Positions 9,554 through 22,068 of a DNA stretch of 64,000 nt are shown here, piece after piece (within the stretch, counting starts at the first letter, position 1; each line of letters starts with the position of its first letter). The notes beneath the pieces were generated by a model. It did not search any database. It saw nothing but the letters and a program-made list of their open reading frames with translations, and was not told the origin of the DNA. This DNA comes from Sphyrna mokarran. Lineage: Eukaryota. The DNA lies in assembly GCA_024679065.1 (NCBI GenBank), contig JAGIQG010000019.1:7316001-7380000 (forward strand), written 5' to 3'. The translations under genes and the position numbers were made by a program.

Positions 9554-10689
9554 CCGCTTTGTAACAGCACTATGTGTGTTCCTATAACACATGAACCACA
9601 ATAGCAGTCCAAGAAGGCAGCTCACTACCACCTTCTCAAGGGCATTTAGGGTTGGGCAATAAATGCTGGACTAGCCAGTGACACCAATATTCCATTAAGG
9701 AATTAAAACATAAAATAAAGCAAGACACTAAGTCACAAGGAAGATATTAGAGATAGGTTTTAAAGGAGGAAAATACAATACAGATGCATAGGGAGAGAAT
9801 TCCAGAATTTTGGACTGAAAGGCACAATTCCAATGGTGGATCAATTATGATTGGAAATACCTAAGATGTATGTGAATAAAACTTCCAACAGAATGCTGCC
9901 ATGTTAAATATTTCCTTCTTTCCTGATTTTATTGCATTTAAATTAGAATGTTCCAAAGCACCTTCACAGCCAATCATTCATATTTAAAACTTGCAAAATC
10001 CTCCATTGTCTGCTCCCAAAAATAGCTTCCTGACATGAGATGCTCAACAGATGGTAACTCTGTTAAAAGCAAATAGCTGGGACAATATCAATCCTGAAAT
10101 CACAGCAAGTCCCAGCCACTAGACTTTTGAAAGCATGGTGGAAGAAGAAGGTCCTTCATGTCTTCCAGGGGACACGATTGAGAAGATCATTTTGAAATTT
10201 TTTTATTCATCTGCAAACTGAAAAATCCTCACTTTTGCTAATTTCACACAACCAGAAAGAACTCATCAGATCGCCTCACTCAACAAGCAGCTAGCTATCA
10301 TTGCTCAAATCCTTGAAGCCTGTTTAATTTTTAAAAGTCTCTAATCACCACATGCCAAACACAGAAATTTCATCATGCTGCATCATCATTTGTTTGAAGA
10401 ACTTCCTTGCTGCTGTTTCTGCCTGAAGGAAGCATCATCACTACTTTGCATTTCTGGACCCTGAAGTGTGAACTAATTTTTATTTATTGTGCTGGCGTTA
10501 TCCTTTGTTGTAAAAACTCCCTCTCTTCTATCTCCCTTACTGTATTTCTGCAATGCACCCACCCACTATAGTGACCCTCTAAACACCCTAGTGATTTTTA
10601 TGACTTGTGGTTTTCTAACTAAACAATATATTGTTATGGCATTGCTGTACTTTGGGTCTGCAATTTTTCTCACTTTTTTTGAAATTCAT

Positions 10690-11090
10690 TTCGATTTGAT
10701 TTGATTTATCAATATCACATGTATTAGTACACAGTGAAAAGTATTGTTTCTTGCGCACTGTGCAGAGGAAGCATATCGTTCAGAGAGCAGGAAACGAGAG
10801 AACACGGAATGTCGTGTTACAGTCATCGCTAGGGTGTAGAGAAATATCAACTTAATACAAAGTAGGTCTCTTCAAAAGTCTGACAGCAGCAGGGAAGAAG
10901 CTGTTCTTGAGTTAGTTCATACGTGACCTCAGACTTCTGTATCTTTAATCCGACAGAAGGTGGAACAGAAAATGTCAGGGGTGCACGGGTCCTCAATTAT
11001 GCTGGCTGCTTTGTCGAGGCAGCAGAAAGTATGGACTTAGTTATGCTTGGGAGACTGGTTTGTGGATAAATCCGCGATCTTTTGCAGTTG
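10690..11090 (-). mobile_element. Rex/Babar-type LINE 3' fragment
   Basis: Reverse complement of the 13790-14210 sequence (gatttgatttgatttat..tcacatgtattag..cagtgaaaagtattgtttcttg). Confidence 0.75.
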
Positions 11091-11354
11091 CTTGTTCATT
11101 TATTTATTGTGCCAAACCTCATTTTTCTCAAATTTGCTTATCGTCCTCTTAAATAGAAAAAATTACGAAAAAATTAGACCAGCCTGATGTAGAAAGTCAC
11201 ATGGGAGAAGTAGAGTAAGTTTGATAGGAGTCAGCATGAAGATACCACCTAGTCAGCACTGTATCCTATATACATATATATAAATTATGTGTTATTAACG
11301 AAGTTATATTTCACCCATACAAGTCTCGAAACTTCTTCCAACATATCTTCCAAC

Positions 11355-11915
11355 ATGGGCACATGAACAGAATGGGAATGGAGGGGTGTAGAAAACTGAT
11401 TTAAAATAGGGATCATGAGCCTTGGGAGTCCCTGGGAAGTGTGTAAATAGATGATGATATTGATGTACTTGTTTTTATCCTACAGGTGCTTTGGTCCACC
11501 TTGTTGTCTAATGAGGGGCATACACGCGATGGGTCGTGAGAGGGCTGCCCTTGGATCTTTTTTGAGAGTATCCTACTGCTTCACGTCGTTAGTGCACGCT
11601 TGACCTGGACCATTTGATGGGCAACACGACAGCTCAGTGACTATCGCTGTGCTGTGCAGATACATGGATTTGGGCCTGTGTCTGTGGGAGTTTGCGCATT
11701 CTCCCCGTGCTTGCATGGGTACATCCCAAAGATGTGCTCTTAGGCTAATTGGCAAAACAAATTCTCCCTAAATTGTCTCAAATTTGGTTTTTAATCCATA
11801 GATCTATAAACATGGACAGGGATCGCGGGTTGAAGTGGGAGCATCAGGGTGGCAGCGCGGGCTCGTTGGGCCAAAGGGCCTGCTTCCCGTGCTGTTTTGT
11901 TCTTTGTTCTATGTA
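11355..11915 (+). mobile_element. CR1 3' end with the same composite 3' UTR as 4375-4822
   Basis: Starts with the CR1 ORF2 C-terminus (cacatgaacagaatgggaatggagggg, HMNRMGMEG). Shares the ctggaccat.tga.gggca.ca.gacag.tcagtgactatcgctgt block and the ggcagcgcgggctcgttgggcc tail. Confidence 0.8.
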
Positions 11916-12439
11916 TGTCATGTCCCATTGACAGCACAGACTCAGAAGTGGTGATACATTCACGTACAATGAGAAGCGAGTGGTTCTACAAGTCCTCAAC
12001 CTCAATACTGGATCCCATGAAGTCTCATGCGTCAGGTCAGACGTAGACCAAAGATGTGCAGGTTAGGTGGATTGGTCATGCTAAGTTGTCCCTTTAATGT
12101 TACAAGATATATAGTTGAAGGGACTCGCAAGCTAAATAAGTTACAGAGTAAGCCTAGGTAAGAGTCAGTGCAGACTCAATGAGCCAAATGGCCTCCTTCT
12201 GCACTCTAGGCATTCTATGATAGATAAGGAAAACTCTTGCCAATGACAACCTATCACCTTACGTATTTATGAATTATGTTGAGAACCATTTGGACAAAGT
12301 ATCAGGTGTAGCAAGGACACAGAACGTACACTAGATAGGACATTTCAATGCTCATTAGAAAGTGTGACTATCAAGCAGCCTTTACTTAACAATAACTTCT
12401 CATCTTGGCCAGGACCATTCAACTCTGAACTTATTATAG

Positions 12440-13320
12440 TCTTAATCCAAATATGAGCAATGAGCTGAATTCTGGTGGTGTGGCAAAAGTAACTAACCTT
12501 CAAATCAAGGCAGCAATTGATTAAATGTAGCATCAAAGAGCCCAAGCAAAATCGAAGTCAATGAGAATCAGAGGAAAGCTCTCTACTGGCTAGAGTCATG
12601 CCTAGCACAAAAGAAAGCAGTTGTGACAATTGGATTCCAATCATCTTAGCCTCAGGAGTTCATTGTGGGAGTATCTTAGAGATGTGTCCCAAGCCAAACC
12701 ATGCTTCATCAACGACTTTTGCTCGATCAGGCAGTCTGAAATGGTAATGTTTGCTATTTGCACTGATCATTTTCATTCTGACTCTTCAAATTATGAAGAA
12801 GTCTGTGCCCGTATGTACTTGTTTAACATTCAGGTTTGGGCTGATAAGTAGCAAGTCACATTTGCACCAGACAAGCACCAAGCAATGGCCATTTTCAACA
12901 AGAAATGGTGAAACCATCTCCTTTGGACATTCAACAGCATTACCAACATCAAATCTCTCACTATCAACATATTGGATACTCAACATTGATCAGAAACTGA
13001 ACAGGGTTAGCCAAATAAATGCTGTGGCTACAAGAGCAGAGCAGCGACTGGATATTCTGTGGCAAGTGATTCACTCCTTGACTGCCTAAAAATCTGTCCA
13101 TCATCTACAAGGCACACATCAAGAATGCAATGCAATACTTTCCATTTGCCTGGATGAGTGCAGCTCCATCAAAATTTAAGAAATTCAGTGCTATTCACAA
13201 AAAAACAAATTGCTCAATTGGCAATCCATCCAACACTAAAACATTTACCTATTCCAGTACTGGCAGAATGTGGGTGCAGTATGCACCAGCGACAGGACGC
13301 ACTGCAGCAACTCATCAATC
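12440..13320 (+). mobile_element. Decayed CR1/L2-group LINE RT fragment
   Basis: Degenerate DIKAAFD-like, FIND and FADD-like segments, NIDQKLN, and MQYFPFAWMSAA (ORF 13130). Confidence 0.6.
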
Positions 13321-13789
13321 TGAGTGACACCAACATCTCATGACCACACTTTTAGAAATTCTAAAGCATGTTGCTTGTGTTGTTAGAAAACAATAGCAAA
13401 GTTTTTAAAAACTACATAAACATAAATCTAAACTTTAAGCCTTTGTTTAAGAAATACTGATCCAGTCTTTTCCAGCTTTGTCAACTATAGCTGGTTAAAT
13501 CTTCCCTTCCGAGTCACAACACTACGGTAATGATTCGGAATCCTTTTTCTCTGCTGACTGAGATTGTCATTTTTGTCATGATGATGCAGTTTTATTGTAT
13601 AAGTCACTCTACGATACCTATCAGAACTAGCATTGACTCATTTTGTCTGTTCATTGGACTGGCATTAGTGAAAACCCAGAACGTAAGAATTGCTTCCATC
13701 TGAAAATCAAAAATTGAGAAATTCGCAAAGCAGTTCCTCAATACTCTGGTCTTGGCAGGGCTTGTCTGCTCTATTGTTGGCTTGGAGGA

Positions 13790-14210
13790 TGATATGCATC
13801 CAACTACAAAAGTTCGTGAATGTAGCCCAATCCATCACGCAAACCAGCCTCCCATCCATTGACTCTGTCTACACTTCCTGCTGCCAAAGCATAGCAGCCA
13901 GTATAATTAAGGACCTCATGTGCCCTGGGCATTCTCTCTTCTGCCTTCTTCCATTGGGAAAAAGATACAAAATTCTGAGGTCACATACCAATCAACTCAA
14001 GAACAGCTTCTTCCCTGCTGCCATCAGACATTTGAATAGATCTACCTTGCATTAAGTTGATCTTTCTCTATGCCCTAGCTATGACTACATTCTGCACTCT
14101 CTCCTTTTCTTCTCTATGAACGGTATGCTCTGTCTGTATAGCACGTAAGAAACAATACTTTTCACTGTATGTTAATACATGTGACAATAATAAATAAAAT
14201 CAAAATCAAA
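13790..14210 (+). mobile_element. Rex/Babar-type LINE 3' fragment
   Basis: ORF 13690 contains LQKFVNVAQSITQTSLPSIDSVY...IIKD..HSLF..LP.GKRY...LKNSFFPAAIRHLN. Tail gtgacaataataaataaaatcaaaatcaaa. Confidence 0.8.
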
Positions 14211-14244
14211 GGGTAACAGTCCCAGCCCATGTCAACCAATCATT

Positions 14245-14822
14245 GGAATGTTACAGGGAGAAAGGAGGCCATACAGCCCATTGAGTCTGCAATGACAATA
14301 ATTCCATCAAGGCTCTATTCCTGTAACCCCACATATTTGCTCTGTTAATCCCTCTAATTTTCACCTCTTGGGACATTAAAGGCCAATTTAGCATAGCTAA
14401 TCAACCTAACCCGCATGTCTGTGGACAGTGGGAGGAAACCAGGGCACCCGGAGGAAACCCACGCAGACCCGGGGAGAAAGTGCAAACTCTGCACAGACAG
14501 TGACCCCCCCCCACAAGCCGGGAATCGAACCTGAGTCCCCAGCGCTGCGAGGCAGCAGTGCTAACCACTGCGCCACCCAGGTGAAATCACATCAATGAAC
14601 CCAAGCATCAACACAACAGCACCACTTAGAATCCTCTGGGACGAGGTCCTCCCGGGCCATTGAGGGGCAATTTAGCACGGCTCATCGACCTAACTCGCAC
14701 ATCTTTGGACTGTGGGAGGAAACCGGGGCATCCGGAGGAAACTTACGCAGACACGGGGAGAACGTGCAAACTCCAGACAGACCCCACCCCCCCAAGCCAG
14801 GAATCGAACCACTGTGCCACCC
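14245..14822 (-). mobile_element. V-SINE (14245-14578) plus a duplicated partial copy (14660-14822)
   Basis: gggaggaaacc..gcacccggaggaaacccacgcagac.cggggagaa.gtgcaaactc (reverse V-domain) occurs twice; reverse tRNA head at 14520-14578. Confidence 0.85.
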
Positions 14823-14979
14823 AGGTGAAGTGACACCAATAAACTCAACCATCAACATAACAGCATTACTTTAGGCCCTGTGGGGAGAGGTCAATGGGAT
14901 GGCCATGTTCAACCAGCACACACTCTCATTGTCCCTGACCATGCTGGAGGGGGAAGGTCAGACATGGGTCACTGGCTGG

Positions 14980-15300
14980 GTCTGACCCGGAAGTGAAAGT
15001 GTAGCTGGCACCGGAAGTAAACCCGCCAGCACACCGAGCGTTGGAGACGTCGGAGCTCCGGGGAAATTAATTTGTGTTTGAGCGGGAGGGAGAGGGAGAG
15101 AAGGGAAAGGAGTTCAGTCTGAGGGAGGGGAAGGGGGGAGGACTGTGAGGAGCCCCGGGCCGGTGGTAGTGGTTGTCCATGAGGCGCGGGGCCTGGCGCC
15201 TGTCGAGGCCCCGGCCCCGGTTATGGGTGAAGAGGCGGAAGGCGGGCCTCTGAGCTGTGCCGGGGGCCGCGGCCCGGATCCCGAGGCCTGGTTCGTACTC
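14980..15300 (+). promoter_or_regulatory. C2CD5 promoter / CpG island with probable non-coding first exon
   Basis: Tandem ETS/GABPA motifs CCGGAAGTG (14987-14995) and CCGGAAGTA (15011-15019), then a GC/CpG-rich stretch. It is the only such island between ETNK1 and the C2CD5 ATG exon, which begins with a splice acceptor. Exon 1 donor not determined. Confidence 0.7.
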
Positions 15301-15999
15301 ATTCTCCTGCTGCCATTGTAGGGGGGTAGGCTTAACGGTTCAGCTAGACAAAGGCAGGGCTTTCCTTCTCGTCCCTTCAGTCTGTGGGCAGGAACCTTAA
15401 TCTGACAATGCTTATTTATTAGCGTCACAAGTAGGCCGTGAAGTTACTGTGAAAAATCCTCTGGATGATCTACTCAAAGCAGCCAGCAGGTCAGGCCGAG
15501 AGAAGCGAGAGTTAATGGCCCAAGTCCCACATGACTTAGAATCACAGACTCCCCATAGTGCAGAAGCAGGCCATTTGGCCCATCGTGTCTGCACTGATCA
15601 ATCCTACCCAAGCCCTATTCCTGTAACCGTCCCCCTCCCCACCAATATTTACCCTGCTAATCCCTCTGACACACAGGGGCAATTTAGTATAGCCAGTCAA
15701 CCTAACCTGCGCATCTTTAGACTGTGGGAGGAAACTGGTGCAAATTCCACACTTCCTTAGAAATGTGATGGGCTTCGTACTGTTGGGAAAAGAGGAGGTC
15801 CAATTTATTCACATTGCTGCTGCTTGGCTGGTTTTTTAAATCACTAAACACTGTAATGTTCCTTCCCTGCATTGCAAAGTCTTGACTTTTCCTACATTGT
15901 TCGGATTACTTTCGCTTCATTTCTTTCCCCTTCCTCTTTTAGGTCTCAGGAACACCCTGTTTGCACTTTAATTTCATGGTACTACCTTGAGAATCATAG

Positions 16000-16156
16000 C
16001 CCCTTTGCAATGTCCAAGCCAATATTTATCCCTCTTTCAGCACTAAAATAAGTTGTCTGGTCATTTGTCACAATGCTCTTTGTGGCAGCATGTTATGTGC
16101 AAATTTGTTGTCACTGTTACAATAGTGACCAGACTTCAAAGGTATTTCACTGGCTG
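16000..16156 (+). mobile_element. Deu-domain SINE fragment (SacSINE1/AmnSINE1-like)
   Basis: tctggtcatttgtcacaatgctctttgtggcagcatgttatgtgcaaatt...ttacaatagtgac..acttcaaa resembles the recalled Deu-SINE core. A more decayed copy lies at ~24200-24397. Confidence 0.55.
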
Positions 16157-16684
16157 AATTACCACAGTAAATTTCACAGTAACTTCATTGCAGTGGTAAC
16201 GTAAGTCTTACTTGTGATTAATAAATAAACTGTAACATGTTTTTGGAACAAGCAGTGGTTGTGAAAGACATTTATATGAAGGAATATTATTTCTAAAGAT
16301 TGTATGAGTTGAGTGACAAAAAGCCTGGACAATAATAGGTCTGAGGAGCAGGAGAAAGCCATTCATATTTTCTTGAGCCTACTGCATCATTCAATTGAGT
16401 CATGAATGCTGTTTGATCTCCTTTAACAACCTAACCAAAACTATTATAATAATTCATTAACTTTTTAGTGGAGGCAGATTCTAAATTTCAGTTACTCTTT
16501 CTGTAGGAGAATACTTCCTGATTTCACTCCTGAATGAATTGGATCTAATTTTAAGATTCTGCCCCCTTAGAGATTCCTAGGCAAGCCTGTGTTGCATGTT
16601 TTGTGAGAGGTGATTGACTAGTTTGGTGTTCTGCGGAAAGCAACCATTAGAATATAAGAAAAACTAACCAGTTTCCTGCCATTC

Positions 16685-17825
16685 TTGATTTATTATTGTC
16701 ACGCATATAAGCAGAGAACGAAAAGCATTGTTTCTTGTACACTATACAGACAAAGCATACCGTTTGTAGAGAAGGAAACGAGAGTGCAGAAGGTAGTACA
16801 ATACTCATTGCTACGGTGTGGATAAAGATCAAATTAATACAAGAAGGGACCATTGAAAAGTCTAGCAGCAGGGAAGAAGCTGTTATTGAGTTGATTGGTA
16901 CATGACCTCAGACTTTTATATATTTTTCCCAATGGAAGAAGGTGGAAGAGAGAATGTTGTGGGTGTGTGGGTCCTTAATTACGAATGGCTGCTTTGCTGA
17001 GACAGTGAGAAGTGTAGACAGTCAATGGCTGGGATGCTGGTTTGCGTGATGGATCGGCCTACATTCATGATCTTTTGTAGTTTCTTGTGACCTTGGGCAG
17101 AGCAGGAGCAATACCAAGCTGTGATACAACCAGAAACAATGCTTTGTACGATGTATCTGTAAAAGTTGGTGAAAGTCATAGCTGACATGCTAAATTTCCT
17201 TCGTCTTCTGAGAAACTAGAGGCGTTGGTGGGCTTTCTTAACTATAGTGTCGGCATGGGAAGGGATTCACCAGTTCATCAGATTCTCTATCTCATTCCTG
17301 TACTCTTGTCTCGTTATTGTTTGAGATCCGACCCACTACGGTGGTGTCATCAGCTAACTTGATAATTGAATTGGAGAGAATTTGGCCACACAGTCATTGG
17401 GGAAGAGTATATAGGGGGTTGAGAACACAGGCTTATAAGACACTAGAGTTGAGGATGAACATGGAGGAGGTGTTGTTGTCTGTCTTTACTGATTGTGGTC
17501 TGAGAGTTAGGAAATTCGTGATCTAGTCACAGAGGGAGGAGCTGAGTCCTAGGCCTCAGAGTTTGGACATGTGTTTCATGAGAGTAATGATGTTGAAGGC
17601 TGAACTGTAGTCAATAAATAGGAGTCTGACATAGTGTCTTTGTTATCTCCATGTTCCAGGGTTGAGTGCAGAGCCAGGGAGATGGCATCTGTTGTGGCAG
17701 TAGGCAAACAGTAGTGGATGCAGTACTCCAGGAAGCTGGAATTGATTCATGCCACGACTAACCTTTCAAAGTACTTCATAATGATGGATGTGAGAGCCAA
17801 CGGCCGATAGTCATTAAGTAACACT
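16685..17825 (-). mobile_element. Rex/Babar-type LINE, RT and 3' end, decayed
   Basis: Reverse strand LLFIDYSSAFN, K(L)ADDTTVVG, FYRYIVQSIVSGCITAWY (ORF 16979). Tail gatttattattgtcac. Confidence 0.8.
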
Positions 17826-18544
17826 CATTCTAGTAACGTTGTTGGAGTATAATTGAGAGGGTTCATGGTCTCGTGGGGGCTGGTTGCCCTCAGAAATCAC
17901 AGTTCAGCAGATTTTAAAGGTTTTAATTGTTTAGCCTGTGATATGTCGTGGGGGGGTATGAAGAGCATTCCATATGGGACTCACCTTTGCTCTGTACGTT
18001 AGCTTTTTAGAATTTTTTTGATATTGATTAATGATGAGGTCCCTCAACTTTTTTTTCTCAGTAGCCTGGGACGACTACTGCCAATTTCAACACAACCATG
18101 AGATCTTAGTTGGTCCGCTGCTATTTTCTTTAGAACTAGAATCAAATGCAGGAAGTGTTTGGCTTCATTCTGTATGTTTGGTTTAAAGGATCTGTCTTTG
18201 TCTTTGTTCTTCCTTTAAAGTTCTCATTCATGTTTATGCAATAATAATGATTGGTGCTGAAATATGTCAGAGTGGTTTGAAGTAGATTGAACCCAATTTC
18301 AAAGCAGATTAAGCAGACTGCACATTTGCAGTGCTAGCTATACTGGTACAGGGCAGAATATTCATGAAAGTTTTTGGTGAATGAAGTTAAAGTATTTATG
18401 TATATCTGCTTTGCAACTTCAATCAAATAAGGGGCTGGAGTGGAAGAGGTTGATTGGAAGTCTGTAAGATTGAAAGTGTGGACAGTGATTCATGCGCATT
18501 ACAAGAGTCCTTTTGCTCCATATTGCTGGAGCTAGAAAGAATGA

Positions 18545-18868
18545 TCATAGAACCCCTACAGTACAGAAAGAGGCCATTTGGTCCATCGAGTCTGCACCGA
18601 TCACAATCCCACCTAGGCCCCATATGTCTACATATTTATCCCTTAATCCCTTTAACCTACACATTTTGGAACACTAAGGGCAATTTTAACATGGCAAATC
18701 AACATAACCTGCACATTCTTGGACTTTGGGAAGAAACCGGAGCATGTGGAAGAAACCCACAGATTCACAAGAGAATGTGCAAACTCCACACAGACAGTGA
18801 CCCAAGCCACTGGAATTGAACCCAGGTCCCTGAAGCTGTGAAGCAGCAGTGCTAACCACGCCACCCAT
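18545..18868 (-). mobile_element. V-SINE (CR1-type tail)
   Basis: Reverse head, V-domain and tail (catagaacccctacagtacagaaagaggccatttgg). Confidence 0.85.
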
Positions 18869-20989
18869 GATGATGGTTCATCATTGATGTAGACTCAATA
18901 GGCCGAATAACCTCTGTCCGCACTATGGGGATCCTGTATAAATTTTATGATTTAGTAAAGGAGTTGAAAATAGAGGATTGTTGAAACTTCAGATTTGTTT
19001 GTGGTCACAAGCCATGGTCACTCTTAATAAAAGTCTAGCAATATTGTATATCAGCTGTCAATTTGCAGTTATGTAGTGTCCTTAATATAGGCTATTTAGA
19101 GACATCACAATTAAACTGCCATTAAACCAGCAATGGAAAGGCCTCACATTCAGAGAAGTAGTTATTTAGTATCTTTAAATAATTGAAGTGTGAACATTTT
19201 TGATTTTTGTAATGTGTGTAACCTTGAGATTTACAGCTTATCAACTTGCAACCACTAAAGTTTCTGTGAGCTATTAATATAGTGCATCCAACTCCCATAT
19301 CTGTCAGAACAGTAAATCATTCATGTGACCCCTCCCATATCGAATCAAAGCAGGATCAAGCAGCAATAAAATACATAGTATTTTCTTGAGCTATTTCATA
19401 AATGGATAACAATTTGGACAGGTGCAGAAAATAAGCTACCTTTCCAGCTGAAGTAACTCAGTGCACCTGTAACTTGTGTGTCTGGTTTGTTTGCTAAATA
19501 CTTGGCAAGCACATCAGAATTCTAGTCTCTTCAGAAAACTCACATTTGGTCAACCTTTGGTATTGTTTACTATTATAAATTGCTTTGTTGACATGCCCCT
19601 TCTGAGGTTGCTTCTGTGGAATGAGTTGAATTATCCAATTATACTATTATGTTGCATTTTTAAAAAATTTAGTAATGCATGAGACAATTTTTTTCAAGTT
19701 TTATACAATTGTTTTCCAGATTTATCCAATTTTTCTCTGTTCATTTGCCTATCCCATATAAGCAGTGTTCAAAAGCTACAGTGATGTATCAAATATTTCA
19801 CAATAATTTTATGTATTAATGTTAATTTTTATTCAGAGCAAAAAAACCAAGTACATGTGCTTAACTCCCAACGTGAAAGCTGCTAACTCCATGTCACCCA
19901 TTTAATAATGATTGCATGAAAGCTTGCTTATAAATCTTTAGCGTGCAGCTCTGTAGAAATTTTTATCTACCTGGCTCAAAATCAATCTCAGAACTGTCAA
20001 ATTCTGCAGCATCTCTCAGACACTTCTCTGCATTTTTTCCTCCAAGTCTTATTCATCTCTATCAGAAAAAGATGCAAGTATAGTATAATGCAAAATGCTC
20101 AGATTTATAACAATTTTAACACTGTCATAAAAACTCTTATGCTTCCAACAAATTAATTAGTAATGAATAGAAAACAAATCTATTCTACACTATTTTTATG
20201 ATATCAGCAATTTCAGGGATCTTCCCTTACTGCCCGTCTTGGCAAGCCAATGAATATAAAGGCTGGCTTATTTGTACATAACTTACATGAATGAAGTGAT
20301 ATATTTAGTGTCCCACTAAATGTTCAAGTTATTTAAAAAGATTTAGTCATTATAAAGATAATGTAAAATAAGTCTGTTTTTTATTGTTGTAAGCATAATA
20401 TCTTACATGATTGATAGTGTTAAAATAGTTACAAATCTATATATTTCATGTATATACTATACTTGCATTTTTGTCTTAATGTGCTGTCCTTAAGCAACAA
20501 GTGGAAACATGGGATCAGCTGCAGTATATTTTTGAGGAATCCAGGTGAACCCTTGCTATCATTCTCGATCCTAGCATATCATCTCGCAGTCTGATACAAA
20601 GCCCAGGAAAAACATCATTGTAGCTCTTTGAGAAAATAAAAGCCATTTTCTTTGGTTGCCATCTGAAATTTTGACTTTGGCCATTAGTTCCACTTCTCTC
20701 TTCAGCTGCTCACCTAAACTGAAACAGGAAATACCAGATAGCCTGACGTCTCTTCATTATTGGGAGTTAGAGTAATTGACCTCATTCTGTGCAGTGGTTG
20801 TGTGTGTGTATGTTTGTGAACTGTCTGTTGGTTTAATACCAGGTATAAGATTGAGGTTTTCTAAATTTATGCTTTAGTGCCCTGATTACATTGCATCTCT
20901 TGGAAGTTTTGAAGTTAGGCATGCACTCGATGGGGAATTGTTCAGATATGGCTAACTAATCTGCCTTTATTTTCTAGCAAAGACTAACG

Positions 20990-21079
20990 ATGCCAGGGAA
21001 GCTGAAAGTCAGGATTGTGGCTGGCCGGCATCTGCCGGTTATGGACAGGGCCAGTGACCTAACTGATGCATTTGTAGAG
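20990..21079 (+). CDS. C2CD5: C2 domain-containing protein 5, first coding exon (exon starts 20978)
   Basis: ttttctag| at 20977, ATG at 20990; MPGKLKVRIVAGRHLPVMDRASDLTDAFVE is the recalled C2CD5 N-terminus. Donor GAG|gtttgt. Confidence 0.96.
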
Positions 21080-21301
21080 GTTTGTACAAATTACATAAAG
21101 TTTCTTATTGTGTTTAGTGTTTATCAATGTACCAAACAGTGCAGATGTGAGCCTTGATGTGGTACGTTTGCTGTCTTCGCTGTCTTCAGATACATGAGAT
21201 GCCAATAGATAAGCATCAGTTGCAAGAAGTGTAGAGAACAAAATTGAGGAGAAGAAGAAAAGCAAAGTTATCAAGAGGCTGCTTGATAAGAGAACAAGTC
21301 A

Positions 21302-21571
21302 AGGTGACACAGTGGCTAGTTGTCTCACTGCACCAGGGACCTGATTCCAGCCTTGGGTGACTGTGTGGAGTTTGTATGTTCCCCCAGTGTCTGTCGGTTT
21401 TCTCTGGCTGCTCTGGTTTGCTCCCACAGTCCAAAGATATGTGTGTTAGGTTGATTAGCCATTGTAAATGCGTAGGGTTATGGGGATAGGATGGAGTGGC
21501 AAACTTGGGTGACGTTCTTTCAGAGAGTCAGTGCAGATCCAGTGGGCTAAATGGCCTCTTCTTGCACTGTT
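21302..21571 (+). mobile_element. V-SINE (CR1-type tail)
   Basis: gtgactgtgtggagtttgtatgttccccc...cccacagtccaaagat...gtcagtgcaga..tgggctaaatggcctc. Confidence 0.8.
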
Positions 21572-21587
21572 CTAAGAATGTTGTTCT

Positions 21588-22068
21588 GATGCCGGCGTTG
21601 GACTGGGGAAGTCTCACGATGCCAGGTTAAAGTCCAACAAGTTTATTTGGTAGCACAAGCCACTAGCTTTCGGAGCACTGCCCCTTTATCAGGTAAGTGG
21701 CAGTTCTGTTCACAAACAGGGCATATGAAGACGCAAACTCAATTTACAAAATAATGGTTGGAATGCAAGTCTTTACAGATAATCAAGTCTTAAAGGTACA
21801 GACAATGTGAGTGCAGGGAGGGCTAAGTACAGGTTAAAGAGATGTGCACTGTCTCCAGTCAGGACAGTTAATGAGATTTTGCAAGCCCAGGCAAGTAATG
21901 GCGGTTACAAATAGTGTGATATGAACCCAGGATCCTAGTTGAGGTCATCCTCATGTGCAAAACTTGACTATCAGTCTCTGCTCAGTGACTGTGTTATCAT
22001 GTGTTATGAACGTCACTTTGGCGAATGCTTACCTGAAGATCAGAGGCCGAATGCCCTTGACAGCTGAA
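21588..22068 (-). mobile_element. Penelope-like element 3' end: GIY-YIG-region C-terminus, 3' UTR, hammerhead motif (21661-21696) and terminus
   Basis: Minus strand 22068-21906 reads, with frameshifts, [15 protein letters not shown]...EQRLIVKF..EDDLN.DPGFISHYL*, the typical PLE endonuclease C-terminus (H...E...GLN). Followed by CTGATAA.GGGGCAGTGCTCC.GAAAGCTAGTG. Confidence 0.78.

Noticed and set aside
15114-15428. 104-aa minus-strand ORF over the C2CD5 CpG island
   Set aside because: GC-rich shadow ORF starting in a SINE tail fragment; no recognisable protein features.
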